64,000 nt of DNA from Octopus bimaculoides (taxonomy: Eukaryota), in the NCBI RefSeq assembly GCF_001194135.2, contig NC_068984.1:11610884-11674883 (forward strand), written 5' to 3'. The translations under genes were made by a program, and so were the position numbers. Positions 43,701-56,399 of the stretch are shown here, one piece after another (positions within the stretch are counted from its first letter, which is position 1; each line of letters begins with the position of its first letter). Below the pieces are notes generated by a model. The model did not search any database. It saw only the letters and a program-made list of their open reading frames with translations, and was not told where the DNA came from.

Positions 43701-46554
43701 TTGTTAATTTTAGACCACACCTCCTCTGATGAATGAGGGTAGACATACTGACACCAGTTGTGGAAAATAGTGGGGTTTACACAGACATTACCACTATAAA
43801 TTAAGTCTTTTTGAATGTGTGTGTGAATGTGTTTTTCTTTATCTTTTGTGTTCCTCCAGAAGTGTAAGCTTGATTTGTTCTAACAAGGAACAAAAATTCA
43901 AAGTAATACAATTAATGCTTTGTGAAAGTTCAGCTTAGTTTTGAATACGGACAGCTATTCAAGCATAGAAAAATGTCAAGTTTCAAATTACAACTTTAAT
44001 AAAAGCAATGTTTACGTAAATGTGTTGGGAAAAAATGTATTATAAAATAGTGCCAGTGTTGCATAAAAAGCAGCCAGAAAACCTCTGTAAAGTGATTGGC
44101 ATTAGGAAGGGCTTCTAACTGTAGAAATCATGCCAAAATAGATAATTAGAGCCTTGATAGCTCTCCAGCTGGCTCACTTCCATCAAACCATCCAACCCAA
44201 GCCCACATGGAAAAATGGACATTAAATGATGATGATAACGATGGTGGTGGTGGTGGCAGTTGGGTTCAGATTAGCTTTGAATATGGACAGTAATTCAAGC
44301 GTAGAAAAATGTTGAGTTTCAAATTACAAATTTAATAAAAGCAATGTTGCCATGGTGAAAAAAGTGAGAAAATAATATAGCGATTTTATGTAACAATTCA
44401 AAAATTTAGCTTAAATTACCTAATATTTTAGACCAGCTTAAAAGTGAATTCCGTGTGAAGAAGAGATTCTCTTGATTCCTGTGGTACTGATTTCTGTTGA
44501 AAAATGTGTAGCTGATGGTTATAATGTTATTGCATCCAGAAATACTGATATTCTGAGCAAAGAACTATGCAAAAGGACTTGTCTGGGAATGCAGAGCTTG
44601 CAAGAGCTACTAAAGGGCAAATGGCTTCTGGCTTTAAAACTGTTGCACCTGGCCAAAGAACTGTGAAATGGGTGCATGTCTAGGAAAATGTAGCTTGTAT
44701 TAGCTGGTGAAGCTACAATGGTTTGTAGGTATAAAACAGCTGCAACTAAGAACTAGTTAAACTCTGGATGATTCACTATTGTAAAGTAAATGATTATTTC
44801 TTATTCATCTGCAAATAGGACTTTAAAAGAAACTATGACTTTAGAGCAAGTAGGGATCCTTTCATTATGGTGTATGGTTGTGTATGATGAATTTGATGCA
44901 GAATGGGTTGGTTCAAACTAATCATAAGACATAGTCTATAATCAAAGCTAGAATCTGGACAGACTGAAATTAATTGATAAATTATAGATCTGAAACCAAA
45001 TGTTCCCCCACCTCCAACAAACAGGAGAACTTGGACTCAACGCTTCAAATTAATGAACTTCTTGTTAATTTTACAGTAATGCTATAGTTTATAATGACAA
45101 TGTGTTACTGTCTTAGAGAATATGTTTATAGCAAGCAAGGCTGGATTATTTGAGAGTTAAGTGTTTTATCACAGACGCAGCACAGAGCTGTGAGAGAAAT
45201 GAACCACCAACCTTTCAGCTGTTTGTCCAGTAACACCAGCTAAACAACTATAAGGTCATTATAGAAAAGTGCATTGTGTCTAATTAAAGGGAATCATTAT
45301 ACTGATTAATTTATGTTGCTGTATCAAATCAGAATCATAATCATTTTGTCTTGTAAAGGGTAACTGGGATAAATTAACCCATTGTGTCCCTTCTTTTACA
45401 AAATGGCAAGGTGTGATCTGCAAGAGATTTGGTTGCTATTTTTTGCTGGTTGAGCAACAACATAGAGGCTCCCTCAGTTCAATGATGTCTATGTTTTCCC
45501 CAGAAGCTAAATACCAACCACATCATCCTCTTCAGGACAGGAGGGTTTCAAAATGTCATTGTCCCTGCCTCTCCTTTCAAACTAAGTAATAAGGGGAACA
45601 AAGCCACACATTCAGAGGAATGTTTGGCAGTAGCATATCTGAGGTAGGGCAAGGGGGCAGCCTGTCCAGGTGATGCTGTTATAAGCCTGTATAGGCTTGA
45701 GGTCCCAGGGAAGCAAATTCAAGGGCTACCCCTGGTATTACATACTAACTTGGGAGTTAGTTGATGAATTCTAACCTCAGTTCATGACTGGTACTTTACT
45801 TTATCTTTTTTTGTCAGTTGCAGCAGTTTTACCATTACAGACCATTGTAGCTTCACCAGCTAATACAAGTTTCATTTTCCTAGACAAGTGCTCAATACAT
45901 AGTTCTTTGAATAGGGGCAGCAGTTTTAAACACCAGTTCATGACTGGTACTGTTCTCTGATGGATAAGAGGCATCATTGTGTTTGATGAGATTTAAACAT
46001 ATAACAGCCATAGCAATCCATTTTATCTGATGCTCTAATGATTTTGCATATCCAATGGCCTCGAAAGCTGTTTTATAGTAGTCAGGAAAATAAATACACT
46101 GAATTTACACAATTGAATTATTGCATTTAAGAACAGCAGCTTTGTGATATCTGATTGGATATGAAATATATATATATCGATTTCTTGAACACCAGACCTT
46201 TAGTTTATAGGAATGAGGGGAAGGGGAGAGTTTGTATGGTGTGGTGCAAAATCATTAACATCATTACCATTGAGTACTGTTTTCTGATATTAGAACCAGC
46301 ATTTATTAAATATTGTACTTTGATATTACCACTAATATATGAGAAATCTATAAAACATTTTATTTTGATCTTGCCATTATCAAATAATTCGCTTTAATAT
46401 TACCACTAATATATCATACATCTACTGAATACTGTACTTTGACATCCATTAAATAGTGTACTTTGATATTGTGGTTAAACTATTTAACCTTTGTTAACTA
46501 TTGTACTTTGATATTACAGCTGATACAGGACAGCTCTGTGAAAAAGTGTCACAC

Positions 46555-46815
46555 CCTAATGATAGAGGGAACCTAGTGAAGAGGTAGACCCAGGAAGACC
46601 TGGGATGAGGTGGTGAAGCATGACCTTCAAACGTTGGGCCTCACCAAGGTGATGACAAGTGACCGAGACCGTTAGAGATATGCTGTGCTTGAGAAGACCT
46701 GGCAAGCCAAGTGAGACTGTAACCATGGCCTATGCCAGTGCAGCATAACCAGCCCAATTAAGAGTACCCTTCAATCATTGGGCAATAAACAACACTTGCG
46801 AAGACCTGTTGAGAA
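46555..46815 (+). mobile_element. RTE-clade LINE 3' fragment
   Basis: GTAGACCCAGGAAGACCTGGGATGAGGTGGTGAAGCATGACCTTC (RPRKTWDEVVKHDL) plus family 3' UTR. Confidence 0.8.
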
Positions 46816-49628
46816 GACCTGTCTATTCAGTAAACTATGAATCTCTCCAACTAAAGTATGTTCATGTACCAATGTATGAAATCAACATCTCATTATAATG
46901 AAAAATCTATCAAGTGACAAAGGCAGTTAAAAAGTACCAGACAAAGTGTCATATAGTATTCAGCCATGTCATTTTACATCTAGTGTTCAAATCCTTTGGT
47001 GAGTGATATTTACTGTTGCTCTGTGGTCAGGGGAATAAGTACCAATGCTGTGTGTGTCTGTTTTCATCCCCTCCACCACGAATGACTGAAGCCTTGTACT
47101 TTTGTTACAACTGAACAAAATAGATTATAAACAACAAATAACTCAGACTGAACTCATTCTGAAGAGTGTACAACTAATTAGGTTTGTTGATGTATTATTT
47201 ACATTCTTATGTCCCCAGAGTCTTCCAAATCACACTTCTGGTATTATCATCTTTCATTTCTTCCATATTTTGGAAGCCATATGTGGTGACAAACTGGACC
47301 AAATGCTTAGCAGCATTTTGTCCGTTTTTACATTCTGAATTCAAATACCAACTTTGCCTGTCATCCTTTCAGGGTCAATAAAATAAATACCAGTTGCGAA
47401 CTGGCGGTCAATGTAATCTACTTACTTCCTGCCCCCAAATTGCTGGCCTTGTGCTAAAATTTGAAACCAATATCTTGGAAGGTATAAAATAGATGAAAAG
47501 AGATTCTTTGACAAGTCGGGAGAGCTTCCTACATCCGTTTGCCCCAGTTCCATAAAATTTGCTTGTTGGAACTTGGTGTGATTATTCTATATTCCTTACA
47601 AGCAACCGAGTTAAGTTTAACATCCTAAACTGACTGAAAATAAGTTACCTTCATTCATTTTATACAATCACAGACCTTAAATTCTCTACTTAAAAAATCA
47701 GAGTTCAGTTCCTTTATAGAAATTCTATTTCACAATGCAAATTTTGTCCTAAATTATTTACATGGACAATTCAGGCCAAGCTGCTAGTCTGCTCCACCAA
47801 ATGTATGTCATTTGTGACATAGCATAAATAATGGTTGATTTTCATTTTGAATACATCACACAACTTGAGAAGGATTGTAGGTTAAGATAAATTTATTTTG
47901 TGTTCATTTTATGAGGTAAATAATCCTTTCTGCTATAAGCACAAGGCCTGCAATTTTGGGAGATTACATTGATCCCAGTTTTTGACTAGTACTTAGTTCG
48001 TTGACCTCAGCAGCATTTGAACTAGAATGTAAAACTGGAAGAAATGTTGGCAAACAATAAGTCCTCTGCAGAAAGAATTTTGCCAGATTTCTGCTTTTTA
48101 CAAGGTAAATAATATTTCTTCCTTATATACATGCTAAATATAATTTTTTTTTCTTTATATACAAAGAAAAAGAATGAGTGTTATTTTTTTTAAATGTATA
48201 ATACAGAGAACATTGATGGAGGCTTCTATCTTGTGAATGTATTTTTTTTTTTTTGTCCTTTTACCTGGTGTTTGTGATTAGCTAAAGAAAATGAGTGATG
48301 TACAGAGTGTAAGACGAAAAATTGGTTGGCACTGGAAGGGTGCCACACAATCCCTTACATAAATGTTAGAGAAAAAATATCGGAACAAGAAAACATCCGA
48401 ACATAAAAGCAATCCTTTTATTTTGTATATACAAAATTTACACCTTGGCACAATCAGTAGCCAGGACTGGTGTGGAAGCAGCAAAGTCAGAGTTAATCAT
48501 ACTTTGTGAAGGAATTCTTCACAGAAATCCAGCTACACAGAGCTGGTCAAATACCGGTCAGCAGCAGAGGCGAACGGAGTGCTGTTGAAGATATGTCTGC
48601 ATAGTTCAGCGGCTGCATCTCAAGTCTGAGATACAAGAGAACTCTGGTGCTGCTAGTTTTCTGCGCATGCTTATCAGGGACCTTTCGGCAGGCCTTCTAG
48701 AAGGTTCCAACCCTGTGCATGCATGCTGGAAACCCTCAAAATGATGTCACTGCAAGAGGTTTTCTGAAATTGAATTTTCAAAAGAAGAGATCTCTCTTCT
48801 CGTGTTGATGAAACAGAAAACAAAAATCTGAGATTGGGAAATTCAATTGAACTCAAATAATAAACCTACATTCTTTCTATAAATGCAGGGAAAAATTAAC
48901 TTTAAAAAACTAGTTTTTGTTTTCTGCTTTTTTTTTTTTTTTACACGAGACATTTGAATAATTCTTCAGTATTTTTTGCTGCATATATTTGCTATTTATT
49001 CTATCAGTCTTCTTTTACTGAACTGCTAAGTTATAGGGATGTAAAAAAAAGAATATCGGCTGTCAAGTGATGGTTGAAGACAAACAATAGGCTTGAGGAC
49101 AAACACACATATATTCATACAATTGGTTCCCACACTGTTTACATCTACCAAATTCACTCACAAGGCATAGGTCAAACCAGGACTATCACATGCTTGCACA
49201 GCTATGCCTGCACCTGTTGATCTAGTTAAGACTCTTCTTTTGTCAAGTTTATTTTGGTCTACTTTTTATTATAGTATTGTGTTTATATATGTTACTATTT
49301 TTGTCAATAGGGTGCACGGCTGAGTGCATGGATTTTGGTGTGGCTCTTTAAAAGTGTTTGTTAAACTAATAATCTTTTCTATTATAGGAAACAAAACCTG
49401 ACATTTTGGGGGCAGTGGGCTAGTTAATTACATCAACCCCTGAAGGGATGAACAGCAAAGTCAGCCTCAGCGGAATTTGAACTCAGAACATAAAGATAGA
49501 TTAGTATTTTGTCCAGCATGCTAACAATTCTGGCAGCTAAAACTAATAATGGTATAGGTTATTTCAATGGAAGTATGATTTTTGGATTATAAATCTGTGA
49601 GTGTCCTTGTGTATATGTTTGTGAATAT

Positions 49629-49664
<36 letters not shown>

Positions 49665-52310
49665 TGTAAGTGTGTATATGTCATGGTTGACTGGTTGTAA
49701 CTAACACGTTTGGAATTTAAATTATTCTTTTGGTTAGTAAAATTTTATTTTACTCAATGGTCAAATCACATATGCACCTTATTTCATTGAGTACAATGGG
49801 TGTTTTGAATTAATTGGGTGTATTTGCTGTCGTTGTTGTGGTTGTGTGTGAAACCACTTGTTTTCTGTAAGCTTCTTGATATATGCGTATGTCATCTTTG
49901 GCTTGTTATGACTAAACATATTTAGAATTTTATGTTGGTCAGTGTGAAGGTTCATTCAGTGAGTGTGTGTGTGTGTGTGATTGCTTACTCTTCACAGATG
50001 ATTGCTATCTCCTTGTGTTTACTTGTTATCAATGATATTTCTGACTTTCCACCCATGACCTCTCAGATGACTATTCTATCCCCATGCAGATCTCCATGGT
50101 TTGGAGCATAGATGACAAGCTAAAGTTGTAACTTACTGTGCACTCCCAACCGGTTAGGCCAGCACACACATTGCCACTCTTCCAGCGCCACTTTTAGTAG
50201 CTGGAACAACAAATGAGGTCACCATAATGAGACATCTGTATATCATTAGATTACAAGTGATAAACACTTATGCAATGTGACTACCTCTTTCTGAGTCTCT
50301 CTGATTAGTACCTGGTGATAGTCTGAAGCAAGATGACCAATAATCAGTTAAAACTGCAGGTTTTACATCAGAGTGTCCCTCTCCTTGAAGGATGCTGTGA
50401 TACCAGCTTGGGTCCCTCCCAGTGATTTTACTGTCTGCCCTGACATTATCCAAGTGTATTTCTGTGCCTCCATGCTCAGATGGATTTTCATTACATATGC
50501 TAGCTAACCCATAGCTGGGACTCTAACAGGTGTTACTAATCTGGGTCAGAGTAGACCTGGGAACAACAGCGACTGAAAGGTGATTCCACACTCTTCAAGA
50601 CCTTGGAAGTCCTCAACCAGAGCCATACTGCCAGATGCAGTTTAAAGCCATAGCCACACACACTCACACACATGCATGCAAATATGTGTAATGGTTTGTA
50701 TGTTGATGGCTGGCAAGATTAGGAGATGCATATTTGGTTTTGGTTTTTCTAACATTGGAGTCATCAAGTGCAACATTTGTAAGATGTATAGTAGATGTCA
50801 GGTTACCAAAGATATAAATGATAAGTTGGTTGTTTTTGGAGTCCATGGAATAAATGACAGAAGAAAATAATGGTAGAAATGGCCTTTATTTTGCTGTTGC
50901 ACTATTAAAACAACTGCTTTGAGATGTTGTTTTTTAAGATTAGTAGAAGTTCTGTTGTCCATTTCGTAGGTAGGTGTGTCCATCTGTAGGTGACTGCTAG
51001 GAAACTGAAGGAAGAAGCAGAGGGAAAGAGGAAGGGAATTAACCTTTCTGGATTGATGTGTAGAGAGGATGAGAGTTGTATGGTCCCTTGTTGACATGCC
51101 ATGAGTGAAGATAGAGAAAGAAAAGGAGAGAGGGAAAGAGTGAGGATCATCAGCAAGGATATGGGGCAAAAGAGACAGATGCTTCTCTGGTAAATGTCAG
51201 ATACAAAAAGGAACAATTCTATTTGGGAACAATTCTATTTATGATATTTTCCTAGCTAGATTAGGTCAGGCTAAACAATGGATATTTCATCTGTTATCTG
51301 GTCTAAACTGTTGGTGACCCAAAATGGTCAGTTAAAGAATAGAACTTATCTAAGTACATCAGTTGACACTCACAAATTTCTAATTGTTAATGCCAAGGAC
51401 AATAGAAAGGAGCTTACAGAAAAAAATTCTACACTAAGGTTTTGATTCTTGGCTAAAATAAAAGAGAAAACAATTCACTTCGTATGAGCATGTGTATACA
51501 TGGGATATCTTGCAACCATTTAACATTTTCCAAATCTACATCAGTTTATTTTTTAAAAAAACATAATTTTGATGTAGCTTTGCATGCTGATGACAAAAAT
51601 TGCATTCATTGTTTTTACAAGAAATTAGGAATAAAGAAGTTGTGAACATTTAAAGTTGTGAAATTTTAGACTATCAAAAGCCTCCAATAACTGAAATATC
51701 ATGTCCGCTGATTTCTATTGCCATGTGCCATGGGGATCAGCACACATGAAGTCTTGATGTGATTCCTTGACTTCTCCTCGAAATAGCAACCAGAATTATA
51801 ACGTCTGAAAAAAAAAATGGACAAAACATTTTGCCACAACACTGTTTATTTCTTCACTTGGAGTCAGTGAAAATGTTTTTCACTTGTCGAGCATTATTAA
51901 TAACATTTAAATAAAAGTCACGCTCCACAAATGTAATCTTTTGTTGAACTCACAACCATCAAGGTAGTTACTGAGAAAACAGATCAATATTAAATGTACT
52001 TTCTTTTCTCTTTCAATAAAATTATAAACTAAGTTTGGGAATGGGGAAAGAATTGGTTTCTAACTTTTTCTTTTAAACATGACAATGAAGATCAGCAGAT
52101 ATAATATGCTGGCAACTGAAGGCTTTTGATTGACTAAAATTGCAGATATTTATATGCTCATAACTTCTTTATAACTAATTTCTAGGCAAAAAAAAAAAAA
52201 TGAATACAATTTTTGTCATCAGAATTACATTTTTTTGAAAATTATCTGATGAAAGCTAAAAAAACTTTTAGTGGCTGCAGAGATTTAACTAGATCCTACA
52301 TGGGTGTATA

Positions 52311-52786
52311 TATTGGGTTGAGGAATAGATTATGAGAGTTTTTTTCAAATTTAAAAAGCATACAAAAATAAAATGCATTGGCAAAATGCTTTATGTTATT
52401 TAAAAGAGGATTTTTTGCTCTACTAGATAGTGCTTTGATATTTAATTTTATTGATTTTTGTGTATTTTCAGATCATTAAAATGGAATGTCAAGTGGAGAA
52501 AACTAAGCAATTTTGACACCATTTGCTTTTTGTATTTAATTGAGGTGTTAAGGCTGCTGAAGCTGCTCGTGAGATTTATGCTGTGTATAGAGAAGGCGCA
52601 ATGCCTCAAAGTACCTACCGCCGTTGGTTTTAGCACTTCAGAAATGGGAATTTTGACCTTAAGGATGGATCACACTCTGGCCGACCAATTGAGTTGGATG
52701 AAGAGTAATTGAATCAACTTATTCACAAAAATCCACATTAAATGACCAAATAATTGGCAGAGCAGATGGATTGTGATCAGAAAACT
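52311..52786 (+). mobile_element. 5' remnant of mariner transposon, pseudogenised transposase N-terminus
   Basis: TA+TTGGGTTG terminus. From ATG 52481: MECQVEKTKQF*HHLLFVFN*GVKAAEAAREIYAVYREGAMPQSTYRRWF*HFRNGNFDLKDGSHSGRP (mariner HTH). Cut at 52786 by an RTE-tailed SINE. Confidence 0.9.
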
Positions 52787-54171
52787 AGCATGGTTTCTAT
52801 GGCTGGATGCCCTTCTTAATGTCAACCATTTTGCAGAGTTTGCAGGGTGCTTTCACATTGGCACCACATGAGTGCTGTAATGTGGCACTGGCATGAATGC
52901 TTTTTATGTGGCATCAGCACAGGGCTCTAGCAAGCCAAGCCTCTTCACCAGGAAGAGCAGCCTTAACACTTCTACTGTGGAGTATGTATCTTCTTAAGTA
53001 CAGCAATGCACCAGGAAGACCCTGTTGTGCCAGGAATCTCTGTTCCCCATTAGCATTAGTAGATCCTTATTTTCATGCTATATGTTTCTCTGCCAATAAC
53101 ATTACTGTCACTGAGTGGTCTTCATCCCCTATTAAAGCATGGAAGTCTCTAAAATATAACATTTGACATGAGCTGTTGTTCAGCATGATGACAGTGGCCA
53201 GGAAAACCTAACCTGCACTGTGGAACAATGTTGTCAATATTACTAAATTTTGACCACACTGTAGAGCAAATGATCTTGTTTTATATAATGGACACTGTTA
53301 ATATTTGTAATGATCATATATTATAGTTTATTGAATGACTTTTTGAATACTATACATCATTTCTGTTACTTAAAAATAAGTTATTATTGATAATAAATTT
53401 ATTTTCTGAATGTATATGTCACATAAACCATCTTTGGAACTTGATCTACTAAGCTCTAAGATTATCATATTCCTTTATCAAGTATGTGATTGAGGTGGGT
53501 CCAATGAAGATTTTGTAAGTCCATGATGACTTGGCAGATTTATAAATTAGGAATCCCTGATTTCCCATCACATACTGGAGCTTTTAATTTGCTTGTTGAT
53601 GATTAAAATTGTGAAATGTTTTACAAACAGAATTCTGACAAATTAAAATTTAAAAAATTTTTTTTAAATTGGTAAGCACTTTTATAGAAGTAACAATATG
53701 CTTAATAATTTAAGTTCAATACTTTTCCAACTCTATAAACACCTCAGATCCAAACTTTGCCATATTTATTGTGGCTTTCATTGGTAACTAATTGTTTTTG
53801 GTAATGAAGATATTGTGTCAATGTATGTAACAATACTTTCTATAAAACCTTTGTATAAAGCAAACCAAATGAAACTATCCCAATCAATACCCTATTATGC
53901 AGAATATATATCCAATAATAACAATAATAATAATAATATCTTTCTCCACTTGTTATTCTACTTAACTATTGTTTGCTTCAATAACTGCTCATGAAGGGAC
54001 GAAGAACTCTCAATAAACTCTACTAGTTCTGCAAGTCTTGTTGAGATTGATTAAGGTTGATGAAACAAGTTAACCGTAATCAACCAAAACAAACATTCGA
54101 CACAAAACTAATGTGAAAACATATTTACATGTTTAAAACATATTTATTCTTACTACAGGTTAATATTGTGG

Positions 54172-54400
54172 GGCCACATGGCTTAGTGGTTAGGGCACGG
54201 CACCCTTGGTTGTAAGATTGTGGATTTGATTCCTGGTTTAGGCAATGTGTTGTTCTTGGACAAAGCACTTCATTTCATATTGCTCTGGTCCACTCAGCTG
54301 GCAAAAAATGAATAATCCTGGTGTCTCATCCAGGTGGGGAATGAATACACCACAGAATCCTGGAAACCAGCCTTATGAGCTTGTACCTTGGGAAGAACCT
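54172..54400 (+). mobile_element. tRNA-headed SINE with conserved central domain (third family)
   Basis: GGCTTAGTGGTTAGGG head, then TTGTGTTCTTGG-CAARRCACTT...CCACTCAGCTG core. Related copies near 13720-13990, 59950-60740 and 61180-61370. Confidence 0.7.
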
Positions 54401-55192
54401 TTGAACTATTTTTGTTTTTTGACAGGTTAATGTTAGCTTAATTTTTACTGGTTTTAGTCACTAAACTGCAACCAGATTAGAGCACCACCTTTAAGGTTTT
54501 TAGTGAAATGTAATGATCCTCATTGTTTATTTTAGTCTGGAAGTTGTTTTATCAGTCTTTAGTTATCGAATCGCTGAATTTAGTTCTTGACACAATGGAA
54601 CACAAAATGACACACCAGTTTACATAAAAGCACACACACAAATGCATACAAACATGCATGAGTGTAGTCATGGATTTATTATTGTCTTCATTGCTGTCGA
54701 TTTCTTTTTTTTGCTTTTTCGTTACCTGATAAAGATTTCAGCCATGTTGGATAAGCACGCACACATACATGAACAAATAGATACATGCATGCATACATAT
54801 ATTTATACATATATACATACGTGCATACATATATGCATACATACACATGTACAACCTCATGCATGTTAATTGAAATGAACCAAGAGGATTACTCCAACAT
54901 CAGGAGGTAAAGTATATATTTCTATAAATTTTGTGTGTGTGTGTGTGTGAAATTTAAGAAAAATCAAGATGCATATGTTGGTAGTATGTGTATTTTGCCA
55001 ACAGTTTTCCAACTTGCACTTGTTTTGACTGATACACTGCCAAAATGGCTGATGAAAATGGATGAGTGATACTCTTGTTAGCCTTTTGGCAGTGTATCAG
55101 TTAAAACAAATGCTGTTTGAATAATTGTTTGTAAAATACAAGCCAATATGAAACCTAAGGTCCCAGCATACTTGGACTTGAATTTCGCTAAA

Positions 55193-55245
<53 letters not shown>

Positions 55246-55289
55246 AAAAGCCCCCCCCCCCAAAAAATGAAGAGCAAACACAAAAAAAC

Positions 55290-55460
55290 AACAACGAGAG
55301 GATGTGGTACATGTAAAGTATTAACAGAAACTCAGAGAAGGAAAGAAAGGTGGTTTACGTTTCGAGCAAAGCTCTTCTTCAGAAACAGGAGACAGGGGTA
55401 AGTCTAACAGAAAAGGAAGATGGAGGCAAAAAAATTGCCAACGATTCACATGTGGTTACA
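55290..55460 (-). mobile_element. Penelope-like element terminal fragment containing a minimal hammerhead motif
   Basis: Minus strand CTGAAGA-AGAGC-TTT-GCTC-GAAACGT at 55357-55382. Confidence 0.55.
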
Positions 55461-56383
55461 TTTTGTTAATGTCCCTATAACGTAGCAGTTCAGCAAGAGA
55501 ACCCAATAGAATAAGTACTGGGATCAATTTCTTTGACTAAAACCCTATATATCTATATATATTCTTTTGTTCTTTTACTTGTTTCAGTCCTTTGAGTGTG
55601 GCCATACTGGAGCACTGCTTTAAAGAATTTTAGTCAAAGAAATCGATCCCAGAACTTATTCTTTGTAAGCCTAGTACTTATTCTATNNNNNNNNNNNNNN
55701 NNNNNNNNNNNNNNNNNNNNNNNNNNNNNNNNNNNNNNNNNNNNNNNNNNNNNNNNNNNNNNNNNNNNNNNNNNNNNNNNNNNNNNAAGAATATTCCCCT
55801 TCATCAGTTGTCCCTGTCCATCTACTCCGCGTTTCGCAAATTTTAAAATTCTCCTTAAACTTTAAAATTTCCATAGGTGCAGCCAAACAGAAAAAGCCAA
55901 AAGATCCCATAGAAAATCTTAAATGTTCATGTTTAGAGGGGAAATTTGACCTTTGTTATTTGACAATGTGATAACAAATTTCTTAACATTCCGTCTATTT
56001 ATGAGGCAAGTATACATCCACCGTCACATTTAATAAATCATTCTCTTTTTAAGACAGCAGGATGTGATTTGAGGGAGATTTGTTTGTTATTTCTAGAAGG
56101 TGGAGCGAATACAAAAAAGATTCTTCGCTAACTCGTTCTGTCGTGATATATTAACATCTGGTAATTCGATAACAAAACGATGAAATTTCACTACAACTTT
56201 TCTTTTTCGTGGGTTCGATAAATAAGCAGCAACGCTATTAGTATATTCAGAGTGTGTGGGACGGTTTGCTTTGCATATACCCTATACAAATCAGATGTTT
56301 TATGTAAACTACATATTTGCAGTTCGTTGCGGCCCAAAGTAACTATCTTTTGATTTCGGCTTCAAATATCGTTTTGTGCGGCA

Positions 56384-56399
56384 ACTTCCTGCGCATGCG
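56384..56399. promoter_or_regulatory. Overlapping ETS (ACTTCCT) and NRF1 (TGCGCATGCG) motifs, candidate TATA-less promoter
   Basis: Exact motif matches in a CpG-retaining, apparently non-repeat segment. Confidence 0.4.

Noticed and set aside
50137-50235. In-frame TGA (VSLW*P) as selenocysteine
   Set aside because: No selenoprotein motif or SECIS recognised; a better acceptor lies downstream of the TGA.
50268-50453. Resemblance to a Chapaev-type transposase C-terminus (SEHG...LTDYW)
   Set aside because: Too few matching residues and wrong spacing; needs an HMM search.
55086-55108. miR-34/449 locus
   Set aside because: Similarity stops after 10 nt and the seed lies on the 3' arm, whereas miR-34 is a 5p miRNA.
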